The notes under the pieces were generated by a model, which worked only from the letters and a program-made list of their open reading frames with translations, had not been told where the DNA came from and made no database searches. A DNA stretch of 64,000 nt from Prochlorococcus sp. AG-347-K20. Its GTDB lineage: Bacteria; Cyanobacteriota; Cyanobacteriia; PCC-6307; Cyanobiaceae. A program made the translations under genes and the position numbers. The stretch lies in assembly GCA_003281315.1 (NCBI GenBank), contig QCCH01000005.1, positions 18,603 through 82,602 of the forward strand. Direction: 5' to 3'. Shown piece after piece: positions 9,557 through 18,650 of the stretch (the stretch's first letter is position 1; each line of letters starts with the position of its first letter).

Positions 9557-10327
9557 ATGGTAGCTCTTCGTTTAATTCCTTGTTTAGATGTCGCCCATGG
9601 CAGAGTGGTTAAAGGTGTAAATTTTGTTAACTTGAGAGACTCAGGTGATCCTGTTGAATTGGCTTGTAGGTATTCTGATGAGGGCGCAGATGAATTAGTA
9701 TTCTTAGATATTAGAGCTAGTGTAGAAAATAGAAATACATTGGTTGACCTTGTATCTAGGACCGCAAAATCAGTAAAAATTCCATTTACGGTAGGTGGAG
9801 GAATAGATTCTGTTTCTTCAATTAATGATCTTTTAAGAGCTGGAGCGGACAAAGTGAGTTTGAATTCTTCTGCTGTTAGAAATCCAGATTTAATTTCTAA
9901 AAGTTCTAGAGAATTTGGCAATCAATGTATCGTGATAGCAATTGATGCTAAAAGAAAAGTTAATAAGACTGATGAATGGGAGGTATATGTAAAAGGAGGG
10001 AGAGAAAATACTGGAATAGATGTATTAAGTTGGGTAAAGAAAGTTGAGGAGTTAGGCGCAGGGGAAATTTTGCTTACTTCGATGGATGGTGATGGTACGC
10101 AGAATGGATATGATTTACCTCTGACTGAATCTGTTACCAATATTGTTAACATCCCAGTGATTGCTTCTGGAGGAGCGGGTTGTTTAGAAGATATCTATGA
10201 TGTTTTCAATGAGGGCAGGGCATCTGCCGCACTTTTAGCATCATTACTTCATGATAAGAAACTTTCTTTAAGAGAAATAAAGACTTTCCTTCTCGAAAAA
10301 AAACTTCCAATTAGACCGTATGAATAA
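9557..10327 (+). CDS. hisF: Imidazole glycerol phosphate synthase cyclase subunit
   Basis: [29 protein letters not shown] blocks. Confidence 0.95.
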   Translation: MVALRLIPCLDVAHGRVVKGVNFVNLRDSGDPVELACRYSDEGADELVFLDIRASVENRNTLVDLVSRTAKSVKIPFTVGGGIDSVSSINDLLRAGADKVSLNSSAVRNPDLISKSSREFGNQCIVIAIDAKRKVNKTDEWEVYVKGGRENTGIDVLSWVKKVEELGAGEILLTSMDGDGTQNGYDLPLTESVTNIVNIPVIASGGAGCLEDIYDVFNEGRASAALLASLLHDKKLSLREIKTFLLEKKLPIRPYE

Positions 10328-10372
10328 AAAATTTAATTTAATACCAAAAAGAAATAAGTTAAAACTTTAAAA

Positions 10373-11074
10373 ATGAAATTCACAAAAACTATCGAAGTCA
10401 AAAATATATTTAATAAAATTTCTTATAAATATGACTTTTTAAATAATTTATTAAGTTTTGGGCTTCACAGATTATGGAAAAGGAAATTAGTTAATTTATT
10501 GGAACCTTTAAATGGTGAAGATTGGGCTGATTTATGCTGTGGAACTGGAGATTTAGCATTCTTAATTTCTGAGAGAGTTAGTCCAAGCGGTTCAATTACT
10601 GGGATTGACAGTGCTGAAGATATCTTAAATATTGCAAAAAAAAAATCAGAGCTTAAAAAAAATAAATTTATTAAGTGGGAAATTCAAGATGTATTAGAAA
10701 TTAATGATTATTCAAAAAATTTTGATGGGATTTGTATGTCATATGGACTTAGAAACTTGAATAATGTTGAAGAAGGAATAAAAAAAGTTTTTGATCTTTT
10801 GAAGGATAAGGGAAGGGCAGGATTTTTGGATTTTAATCACTCAACAAGAAATTCCTTATCCAATATTTTTCAGAAAATTTATTTGAGATTAATTGTAGTA
10901 ACCATTTCGCGGCTTTTTAATTTAGGTCCAGAGTACGCATATATTGAAAAAAGTATTAGTAATTTTCCAAAGAAAAATGTGCTTATAAATATTGCTAAGG
11001 AAGTTGGATTTAAAAATGCTGAATATAGGACTATTATGGGTGGGCAAATGGGAATACTAATTTTAACTAAATAA
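10373..11074 (+). CDS. menG: UbiE/MenG-family methyltransferase (phylloquinone 2-phytyl-1,4-naphthoquinone methyltransferase type)
   Basis: YDFLNNLLSFGLHRLWKR and SAM motif DLCCGTGDLA, SYGLRN. Confidence 0.8.
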   Translation: MKFTKTIEVKNIFNKISYKYDFLNNLLSFGLHRLWKRKLVNLLEPLNGEDWADLCCGTGDLAFLISERVSPSGSITGIDSAEDILNIAKKKSELKKNKFIKWEIQDVLEINDYSKNFDGICMSYGLRNLNNVEEGIKKVFDLLKDKGRAGFLDFNHSTRNSLSNIFQKIYLRLIVVTISRLFNLGPEYAYIEKSISNFPKKNVLINIAKEVGFKNAEYRTIMGGQMGILILTK

Positions 11075-11079
11075 AGAAT

Positions 11080-11568
11080 TCAGTTTTTAATTTTTTTTCT
11101 CCAACAAAAAGAACACTTTCCCCATCTTTTGATTTCGCCCTCAGGAGTAGGAGAACCACAAAGAGTACAAATGCACATATTATTTTGATTGATTCTGCTT
11201 GGATGCTTTGCCCAAACTATCTTTGCATTAGTAGCTTTGATATTTTTATTTTTAATTTCGTAATTTTGTATTATTTTTATTTCATTCAAAGTTATTCCAA
11301 TTTTCTCGATTCTCTCTTTTAATTTATGCTTGTTATAGATTAAAGCTTGGCGCCACTGTGGATGATTTACTGCAATAGTAAGTATTTTTTTTTCAATATT
11401 TAATGGTTTACATTCTTGAAATAGTTCTAAGCCTATTAGGTTCTTCCAGTTTTCATTGATTTTAGTGAGTTTATCTAAATCTCCGCAGGATTTTTTGAAA
11501 TTTTCAAGACAATTTTTTAATGGATGTGGATTCCTTCTATTCACTATTGGCAAATACTTTTTGTCCAA
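11080..11568 (-). CDS. DUF721 (DciA-like) protein with C-terminal CxxC..CxxC zinc ribbon
   Basis: DUF721-like core W.NLIGLELFQECKPLNIEKKILTIAVNHPQWRQALIYNKHKLKERI; C-terminal CTLCGSPTPEGEIKRWGKCSFCW. Confidence 0.6.
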   Translation of the reverse strand: MDKKYLPIVNRRNPHPLKNCLENFKKSCGDLDKLTKINENWKNLIGLELFQECKPLNIEKKILTIAVNHPQWRQALIYNKHKLKERIEKIGITLNEIKIIQNYEIKNKNIKATNAKIVWAKHPSRINQNNMCICTLCGSPTPEGEIKRWGKCSFCWRKKIKN

Positions 11569-11643
11569 TTTGTAATATTTACTTATTAAGACTAAAGTTA
11601 ATCTAATCTTTTAAAAGATGCTCGTTGTTTTAATAAAGAATTT

Positions 11644-12393
11644 GTGAAAGTTATTGGACCTGCAGCTAAGACAGCTTTTTATTTAAAAAAAATTCAGGGT
11701 CAATATCCAACCTGGACACTTCATTACAAAATAAAATGTAAAAGTACCGAAAATGAGCTAACAAACTTGCTTGAATATTCTGCAATAAAGAAAAACCAGC
11801 CAGTAGGGATAATCGCAAGAGAACAGTTCTTAGGGTTTGGCCAAAACTCAAAAACTTGGGTTTCTCCAAAAGGCGGGATTTGGTTAAGTGCAGCTTACCC
11901 AATATTTTCAAAAGAATTTGCATTTCAAATATTTAATTTATCTTTAGGTATTAAGTTATGTGAAATGCTTAGACAAGAGAAAATAAATGTTTGTTTGAAA
12001 TGGCCAAATGATATTTTTTTTGGTTCAAAAAAGTTGATTGGATTTTTACCAAGGGTAATAACAAGAGGCAAAGAAATTATCTATGTAAGAATAGGACTTG
12101 GCATGAATGTTTTAAATTACACTCCATCAGAAGGTATTCCACTATCAAAAGTACTTCAAACTAAAAATATTAATCATCATTATTGGACAGCCAAAGTTCT
12201 TAAAGCTTTTCATGATGCGATTGAATGTAATAAGAAAAAAGAATATGTGATTAAATCTGCGAATAAGTTTCTTACTAAAAGTTTTTTACCTAGTGGTTAT
12301 TGTCCTCATTCATGGAAAATAAGAGATATTGATTCAAGTGGGAATTTAAGAATTGAAAATGAAACTCAACTGAAGGTAATTAGAAGGTTTTGA
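11644..12393 (+). CDS. birA: Biotin--[acetyl-CoA-carboxylase] ligase, group I (no HTH domain)
   Basis: W.SP.GG.WLS and KWPNDIFFGSKKLIGFL blocks; GTG start; the GRGRxGR loop is degenerate (see findings). Confidence 0.75.
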   Translation: MKVIGPAAKTAFYLKKIQGQYPTWTLHYKIKCKSTENELTNLLEYSAIKKNQPVGIIAREQFLGFGQNSKTWVSPKGGIWLSAAYPIFSKEFAFQIFNLSLGIKLCEMLRQEKINVCLKWPNDIFFGSKKLIGFLPRVITRGKEIIYVRIGLGMNVLNYTPSEGIPLSKVLQTKNINHHYWTAKVLKAFHDAIECNKKKEYVIKSANKFLTKSFLPSGYCPHSWKIRDIDSSGNLRIENETQLKVIRRF

Positions 12394-12395
12394 AT

Positions 12396-13082
12396 TTAAT
12401 TAACTTTTAATTCAACTATTCTTCCATCCTTAAATCTGGCTATTTTTTTTGCGCGATTTGCAACTTCATCTTCATGCGTAACTAAAACTATAGTTATTCC
12501 AGATTCATGCAGTTTGTCAAAAAGATCTAATACATCTTCAGTGGTTTGTGAATCTAGTGCTCCAGTAGGTTCGTCTGCTAACAAAATTGCGGGGTTATTG
12601 ATAATAGCCCTCGCAATAGCAACTCGTTGTTGTTGACCTCCGGATAATTGGTTTGGGCGATTATTCATTCTTTCTGAAAGGCCAACTTTTTTTAAGGCAT
12701 TCTTACCTCGTTCTAATCTTTGCTCAGGCTCAATACCAGCATAAATCATAGGCAAAGTTACGTTTTCAAGTGCAGTTGCGTCTGAAAGAAGATGAAATTG
12801 TTGAAAAACAAAGCCTAATTTTTGGTTGCGTATTTCCGCGAGCTCATCATCAGATAAATTCTCAACAGGAATTCCATTTAATTTATAAATCCCTTCAGAT
12901 GGTCTATCTAGACATCCAATAATATTCATAGCTGTACTTTTGCCTGAGCCACTTGCTCCCATTACAGCTAAATAATCACCTTTATAAATTTCTAAGTTTA
13001 TGCTGTCTAAGGCTTTAACAGTTAGATCTTCTTTCCCATATGTTTTAGATATATTTTCTAAACTCGCGACTTTCTTAGACAT
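12396..13082 (-). CDS. ABC transporter ATP-binding protein, MacB/LolD/DevA-like
   Basis: Walker A GASGSGKST, signature LSGGQQQRVAIARA, Walker B ILLADEPT. Confidence 0.85.
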   Translation of the reverse strand: MSKKVASLENISKTYGKEDLTVKALDSINLEIYKGDYLAVMGASGSGKSTAMNIIGCLDRPSEGIYKLNGIPVENLSDDELAEIRNQKLGFVFQQFHLLSDATALENVTLPMIYAGIEPEQRLERGKNALKKVGLSERMNNRPNQLSGGQQQRVAIARAIINNPAILLADEPTGALDSQTTEDVLDLFDKLHESGITIVLVTHEDEVANRAKKIARFKDGRIVELKVN

Positions 13083-13098
13083 TTATTGAAGAATTCTT

Positions 13099-14619
13099 CT
13101 AGGAAATATTATTTGCTGTAGCAATAATATCCTGTAAGAAAGGAGTTTCTGAAACTGCTGTATTAGCTAATTTAAAAAGAGGATTAGACAGGATTCCTCC
13201 AAGAGCAGTTACTGCGACACAAGTATAAAGTGCAATTCTCAAGGGTGGTAATCCTACAATTCCCCAATTAATTTCAGGATATGATTTGACTATTTCAGAA
13301 GCTTCCTGTGGTTCTTTAACCACCATCATTTTTATCACTGAAATGTAGTAATAAATAGATATAACTGAAGTTACTAATCCAACTATTACTAATAGATATT
13401 GATGATTTGCCCAACCTGCAAAGAACAAGTATATCTTTCCAAAAAATCCTAACATTGGAGGTAAACCTCCAAGAGATAAAAGGCAAAGGCTTAAGCCTAA
13501 TGTAATGAGAGGATCTTTTTGGTAAAGCCCTGAGTAATCAAGAATTTTGTCAGAACCAGTTCTTAGTGAGAAAAGTATTACACAAGAAAATGCACCCAAA
13601 TTCATAAACAAATATGCAGCCAAATATAAAACAGCTGCTGATAAACCATCTTGTGTGCCAGATACTATTCCAATCATTACAAATCCGGCTTGTCCAATAG
13701 AACTGTAAGCTAGCATCCTTTTCATTGAGGTTTGAGCTAGAGCTACAACATTTCCTAGAGCCATGCTTAATATGGCCAAAATGGTAAATAAAAGTTTCCA
13801 TTCTTCGTCAAAAGAAGAGAAAGTTGTGCTTAATATTCTTATTGCGAATGCAAAGCCCGCTGTTTTTGAACCAACAGATAAAAAAGCCACTACAGGCGTA
13901 GGTGAACCCTCATATACATCAGGAGTCCATTGATGAAAGGGCACAGCAGCAATTTTAAATGCAACTGTTGATAAGACGAATACAAGAGCTAGTGAAGTAA
14001 TAAAGGATGGCTTATTGATAATCTCTAAGCCTATTGTCGCTAAGTTTGTTGAACCACTTAATCCATAAAGAAAAGAGGATCCATACAAATAAACAGCAGC
14101 AGCAGCTGATCCAACAAGGAGGTATTTTAAAGCCGCTTCTGAACTTCTTGGATCTCTCTTGAGGTAACCAGAAAGTAAGTAGCTTGCTACAGATAAAGTT
14201 TCCAGGGATATAAATACACTAATAAGGTCAGTAGATCCACACAAAAGCATTGCTCCAAGGGTAGCTGAAAGAACTATCGCAGCAAACTCGCCGATAGGGC
14301 TACCACTTTGTTCTGTGTACCGCCAGCTTATAAGTAAGGATACTAAGGTTGAGAGAGAAATTATTGCTCTAAATGCTATTGCTAAATTATCTGAATTAAA
14401 GGACCCAAGGAATGCGCTTTCTACTGGGTTACTCCATTGCAATGCCAAACTAACAAGAGAGCTGCCAATTGATAAATAACAAATTATTGGTGCCCATTTT
14501 GATGCAGTTTTTTCTCCAGCTAAATCTACAAGAAGTGTTCCAACAATACCGAGTAAAATAAAAGCCTCTGGAATAATGGCTTGAGCATTTAAGTTAATTG
14601 TAAAAAATTCGTTGGGCAC
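13099..14619 (-). CDS. ndhB: NAD(P)H-quinone oxidoreductase subunit 2 (NDH-1 subunit B)
   Basis: 506-aa polytopic antiporter-like subunit with typical NdhB sequence. Confidence 0.9.
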   Translation of the reverse strand: MPNEFFTINLNAQAIIPEAFILLGIVGTLLVDLAGEKTASKWAPIICYLSIGSSLVSLALQWSNPVESAFLGSFNSDNLAIAFRAIISLSTLVSLLISWRYTEQSGSPIGEFAAIVLSATLGAMLLCGSTDLISVFISLETLSVASYLLSGYLKRDPRSSEAALKYLLVGSAAAAVYLYGSSFLYGLSGSTNLATIGLEIINKPSFITSLALVFVLSTVAFKIAAVPFHQWTPDVYEGSPTPVVAFLSVGSKTAGFAFAIRILSTTFSSFDEEWKLLFTILAILSMALGNVVALAQTSMKRMLAYSSIGQAGFVMIGIVSGTQDGLSAAVLYLAAYLFMNLGAFSCVILFSLRTGSDKILDYSGLYQKDPLITLGLSLCLLSLGGLPPMLGFFGKIYLFFAGWANHQYLLVIVGLVTSVISIYYYISVIKMMVVKEPQEASEIVKSYPEINWGIVGLPPLRIALYTCVAVTALGGILSNPLFKLANTAVSETPFLQDIIATANNIS

Positions 14620-14794
14620 TTTATTAAATTGGATTAAATTAGATGTTTGATTGTAAGGGTCTAAGAGTTAATCTTAACTTGATTATAATTTGTGGGTATG
14701 ATTTTTGAAATTTAAAGAAGAAATTACTTGAAAAAGCTTCAAATAATCATAATATGCCCTAACAGAACAAAAACACCAATTTTTCAAATAAACC

Positions 14795-17401
14795 TTGGAT
14801 CACACACTTGTTATTGTTGAAAGTCCCACCAAAGCAAAAACTATAAGAAAGTTTTTGCCTCCTAATTATGAAGTTCTCGCTTCAATGGGACATGTAAGAG
14901 ATCTTCCAAAAGGAGCTGCTGAAATACCTGCTGCGGTTAAAAAGGAAAAATGGTCCAGGATAGGAGTTAATACAACAGAAGACTTTGAACCACTTTATAT
15001 AGTTCCAAAAGATAAGAAAAAGGTTGTTAAAGAATTAAAAGATGCATTGAAAGATGCGACCCAGCTATTACTGGCAACTGACGAAGATAGAGAGGGAGAG
15101 AGTATTAGCTGGCATCTCCTGCAAATACTTAAGCCTAAAATACCAACTAAGAGGATGGTTTTTCATGAAATCACAAAAAAGGCAATTAATAAAGCTTTAG
15201 ACCAAACAAGAGAAATTGATATGGAACTTGTTCAGGCTCAAGAAACAAGAAGAATCTTGGACAGGCTTTTTGGATATGAATTATCACCTTTACTTTGGAA
15301 GAAGGTAGCCCCCCGACTATCTGCTGGTCGTGTTCAATCAGTTTCTGTAAGACTTCTTGTTAGGAGAGAGAGAGAAAGAAGATCCTTTAAAAAAGCTAGT
15401 TACTGGGGGATTAAAGCTTCACTAGTAAAAGATAATATTAATTTCGAAACTAAATTATTCAGTTTAAAGGGTCAAAGAATTTCTAACGGTTCCGATTTCG
15501 ACGAACAAACCGGCAAATTAAAAGAAGGAAACAAATCTTTAATAATTGGAAAAGAAAAAGTAAATGATTTATTGAAGACTTTTTCCTCAGAGGATTGGTT
15601 AGTCTCAAAAATCGAAAAAAAGCCATCCACTCGTAAGCCAGTTCCTCCATTCACAACTAGCACATTACAACAAGAAGCAAATAGGAAGCTTCGTTTGTCT
15701 GCAAGAGAAACTATGAGATGTGCACAAGGGCTATATGAGAGAGGTTTCATAACATATATGAGAACTGATTCAGTTCATCTCTCCGAACAAGCCACAAGAG
15801 CAGCTAGAGAATGTGTCAGTTCTATGTATGGGAAAGAATATTTATCTAACTCACCAAGACAATTTAATTCAACTGCAAGAAATGCTCAAGAAGCACACGA
15901 AGCTATTAGGCCGGCAGGTGAGGTATTTAAAACACCAAAGGAAACTAATCTTACTGGTAGAGACTTATCACTTTACGATTTAATTTGGAAAAGAACTGTA
16001 GCTAGTCAAATGGCGGAAGCTAGGTTAACAATGATTAATGCCGAAATTAGCGTAGGGGATGGATTATTTAAATCGAGCGGGAAAAGTATTGATTTCCCAG
16101 GATTTTTCAGAGCTTATGTCGAGGGAAGTGATGACCCAACTTCATCCCTTGAACAACAAGAAATTATTCTCCCAAACTTAACAACTGGTACATGTCTTGA
16201 AGTTACTAATAAGGAATCTACTTTTCATGAAACTAAACCTCCTGCAAGATATACAGAGGCTGCATTAGTTAAAGTTCTTGAAAAAGAAGGGATTGGAAGA
16301 CCTTCTACCTATGCCAGCATTATTGGGACCATAGTTGATAGAGGTTATGCGAATATATCTTCCAATACTTTGGCTCCAACGTTTACGGCTTTTGCTGTTA
16401 CTGCTCTATTAGAAGAACATTTTCCTGATCTGGTTGATACTACTTTTACTGCAAAAATGGAATCTTCATTGGATGAAATATCTTCAGGCAATCTTGAGTG
16501 GCTCCCATACCTCGAAACTTTCTATAAAGGTAAAAATGGTTTGGAGGTAAAGGTTCAGAAAACAGAGGGTGATATTGATGGTAAAGCTTATAGACAAGTT
16601 GATTTCGAAGACCTTCCTTGCGTAGTCAGAATAGGCTCTAACGGACCTTGGCTAGAGGGTACAAAAATTGATGAATCTGGTAATGAAATTCAGGCTAAAG
16701 GTAATCTTCCAATGGATATTACTCCTGGAGATTTAGACATAAAACAAGTTGATCAAATCTTAAGTGGCCCATCTGATCTTGGAACTGATCCAAAAACTGG
16801 GGAAAAAGTCTTTTTAAGATTTGGCCCTTATGGTCCTTACGTTCAATTGGGAAATAATGATCAAGATAAAGCTAAACCAAGAAGAGCTTCATTACCCAAA
16901 GAGTTGAAAACTGATGATCTAACTCTAGATGAGGCTCTTGTACTTTTAAGTTTGCCTAGATTGTTAGGAGTTCATCCTGAAGGAGGAGTTGTTGAGGCTG
17001 ATAGAGGAAGATTTGGCCCGTATATCAAATGGATTAAAAATGAAAATGAATCTGAAAACAGATCCTTAAAGAAAGAGGATGATGTTTTTACAGTTGATAT
17101 AGAACGAGCATTAGAAATTCTTGCGATGCCAAAAATGGGTAGAGGTGGTCAAGAGGTACTTAAAGAATTTGGAAAACCGAAAGAATTTAAAGAAAAAATT
17201 CAAATATTAAATGGAAGATATGGCGTCTATTTAAAATGTGGCAAAACTAATGTTTCGATTGCCAAAGATACTGACATAGAAAAATTTTCCATAAATGACG
17301 CAGTATCTCTTTTAGAAGAAAAACTAAAAGATAAAAAAGGCGCAATTTTAAAAAAAACAAAGATTAGTAATAAAAAAACTTCAAGGAAAAAGAAAAGTTA
17401 G
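14795..17401 (+). CDS. topA: DNA topoisomerase I
   Basis: TOPRIM VIVESPTKAKTI, ATDEDREGE; active-site GFITYMRTDS; C-terminal cysteine-poor repeats (RFGPYGPYVQLG, RGRFGPYIKW, NGRYGVYLKCG) instead of Zn fingers; TTG start. Confidence 0.95.
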   Translation: MDHTLVIVESPTKAKTIRKFLPPNYEVLASMGHVRDLPKGAAEIPAAVKKEKWSRIGVNTTEDFEPLYIVPKDKKKVVKELKDALKDATQLLLATDEDREGESISWHLLQILKPKIPTKRMVFHEITKKAINKALDQTREIDMELVQAQETRRILDRLFGYELSPLLWKKVAPRLSAGRVQSVSVRLLVRRERERRSFKKASYWGIKASLVKDNINFETKLFSLKGQRISNGSDFDEQTGKLKEGNKSLIIGKEKVNDLLKTFSSEDWLVSKIEKKPSTRKPVPPFTTSTLQQEANRKLRLSARETMRCAQGLYERGFITYMRTDSVHLSEQATRAARECVSSMYGKEYLSNSPRQFNSTARNAQEAHEAIRPAGEVFKTPKETNLTGRDLSLYDLIWKRTVASQMAEARLTMINAEISVGDGLFKSSGKSIDFPGFFRAYVEGSDDPTSSLEQQEIILPNLTTGTCLEVTNKESTFHETKPPARYTEAALVKVLEKEGIGRPSTYASIIGTIVDRGYANISSNTLAPTFTAFAVTALLEEHFPDLVDTTFTAKMESSLDEISSGNLEWLPYLETFYKGKNGLEVKVQKTEGDIDGKAYRQVDFEDLPCVVRIGSNGPWLEGTKIDESGNEIQAKGNLPMDITPGDLDIKQVDQILSGPSDLGTDPKTGEKVFLRFGPYGPYVQLGNNDQDKAKPRRASLPKELKTDDLTLDEALVLLSLPRLLGVHPEGGVVEADRGRFGPYIKWIKNENESENRSLKKEDDVFTVDIERALEILAMPKMGRGGQEVLKEFGKPKEFKEKIQILNGRYGVYLKCGKTNVSIAKDTDIEKFSINDAVSLLEEKLKDKKGAILKKTKISNKKTSRKKKS

Positions 17402-17408
17402 AAAAAAT

Positions 17409-17981
17409 ATGATTTTTAAAAAAAAAGAATTTTTTTTATTAATTTTTTTAATTTTCTTGCAATCATGCTCTGGAGGGAGGATTGGAAATTTTCTTGAAAG
17501 TAGTTTTAATGATTTAGAAAAAATAAGCAAAGATGAAAATTTACAAAATAATTTTGTAAATAAAAAAAAATTATTAAAAGAAAACAAAGAGATTAATGAT
17601 AAAAAAAATAAAAAAATAAAGAAGGTAGAAAAGCCAGAAAATTTTATCGAAAATAAAAAGGATATAAATTCAGAAAAGATACCAAAACAAAAAAATAAAA
17701 AAATAAAGAAAGTAGAAAAGCCAGAAAATTTTATCGAAAATAAAAAGGATATAAATTCAGAAAAGATACCAAAACAAAAAAATAAAAAAAATAAAAATCT
17801 TTCAAAAAAAAGAAAAATTGAGCTTCAATCTTACAAAATAATATTCATATTAAAAGATGTAGATCCAAAAGATCCCACGGAAGAGTTAAGTTCCATATTA
17901 AGTAATTCTGAGGTAAATTTTGAAATAGAAAAGATTGAACGTATCCTTGATTCAAAAAATAAAGATATGAATGAAAATTAA
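17409..17981 (+). CDS. Lys-rich putative lipoprotein carrying an internal 29-aa duplication
   Basis: Signal peptide plus lipobox-like LQSC; low-complexity K/N/E-rich body; 7 nt after topA. Confidence 0.5.
   Translation: MIFKKKEFFLLIFLIFLQSCSGGRIGNFLESSFNDLEKISKDENLQNNFVNKKKLLKENKEINDKKNKKIKKVEKPENFIENKKDINSEKIPKQKNKKIKKVEKPENFIENKKDINSEKIPKQKNKKNKNLSKKRKIELQSYKIIFILKDVDPKDPTEELSSILSNSEVNFEIEKIERILDSKNKDMNEN
17604..17777 (+). repeat. Direct tandem repeat, 2 x 87 nt, in frame (KNKKIKKVEKPENFIENKKDINSEKIPKQ x2)
   Basis: Copies 17604-17690 and 17691-17777 differ at one synonymous position (aag vs aaa). Confidence 0.9.
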
Positions 17982-18000
17982 TTAAAAATATTCAACAAAA

Positions 18001-18639
18001 ATGAAAATAACAACAAAAACTGAAGCATTAAATATTGTAGAGACCTCTTATTTAGCATCTCTTTCGTCTTTATTATGGGTTGCATTATATTATCTGCCAA
18101 TTGGGGGAGCTTTATTAAGGTTGATTTTACCCCTCCCAATGATCTTGTTGCACTTGAGAAGGGGAAGTAAAATTGCATTGGAAGGACTTTTAATACAATT
18201 TCTACTTTTATTCATAATTATGGGTCCTGTTAGAGGAACTTTATTTTTATTTCCTTATGGGATTTTGGCTTTTTGGCTAGGTTGGTGTTGGTTTAAAGAA
18301 AAGAGTTGGAAACTTAGTTTAAATGGGGGAGTTGTTATTGGAACCCTTGGCTTTTTAATAAGAGTAATAGCATTATCTACTTTGGTTGGAGATAATCTTT
18401 GGGTGTTAATTACTAGAGCGAGTTATGGTCTAATAGAAAAGTTAATTGGATTATTTAATTTACCTTTATATCCCTCAATTTTGAGTATACAAATAGGTGC
18501 AATTTTATTAATAATTTTTCAAGAAATAGTTTATGTTTTAACTATACATGTAGTTGCCTATTCTCTGTTTCCTAGATTTAAATTAACCATCCCAGATCCT
18601 CCAAGATTGCTAAATAGCTTAGTTGATTTTAATAATTAA
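18001..18639 (+). CDS. Polytopic integral membrane protein, unknown function
   Basis: 212 aa with about 6 hydrophobic segments; same strand and tightly spaced with neighbours. Confidence 0.55.
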   Translation: MKITTKTEALNIVETSYLASLSSLLWVALYYLPIGGALLRLILPLPMILLHLRRGSKIALEGLLIQFLLLFIIMGPVRGTLFLFPYGILAFWLGWCWFKEKSWKLSLNGGVVIGTLGFLIRVIALSTLVGDNLWVLITRASYGLIEKLIGLFNLPLYPSILSIQIGAILLIIFQEIVYVLTIHVVAYSLFPRFKLTIPDPPRLLNSLVDFNN

Positions 18640-18650
18640 AAAAAGTAAGA

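Noticed and set aside
9490-9921. 143-aa ORF antisense to hisF
   Set aside because: It lies entirely opposite a strongly supported hisF frame. It has low-complexity S/T/L-rich content and no recognisable motifs. This is a typical shadow ORF.
10636-10645. Homopolymer runs in coding sequence (A10 in menG; T9 at 62042-62050 in the UPF0104 gene) as possible phase-variation tracts
   Set aside because: Runs encoding Lys or Phe are expected at this base composition. Both genes are intact, and nothing suggests contingency behaviour.
14684-14689. TATAAT hexamer in the ndhB/topA divergent spacer as a promoter -10 element
   Set aside because: There is no acceptable -35 at proper spacing, and TATAAT-like hexamers are frequent in this AT-rich DNA. 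I did not annotate any promoters for this reason.
17604-17777. Tandem repeats here and at 30479-30634 considered as CRISPR or minisatellite non-coding arrays
   Set aside because: The repeats are directly adjacent with no spacers, are in frame within ORFs, and no cas genes are present. They are coding repeats.
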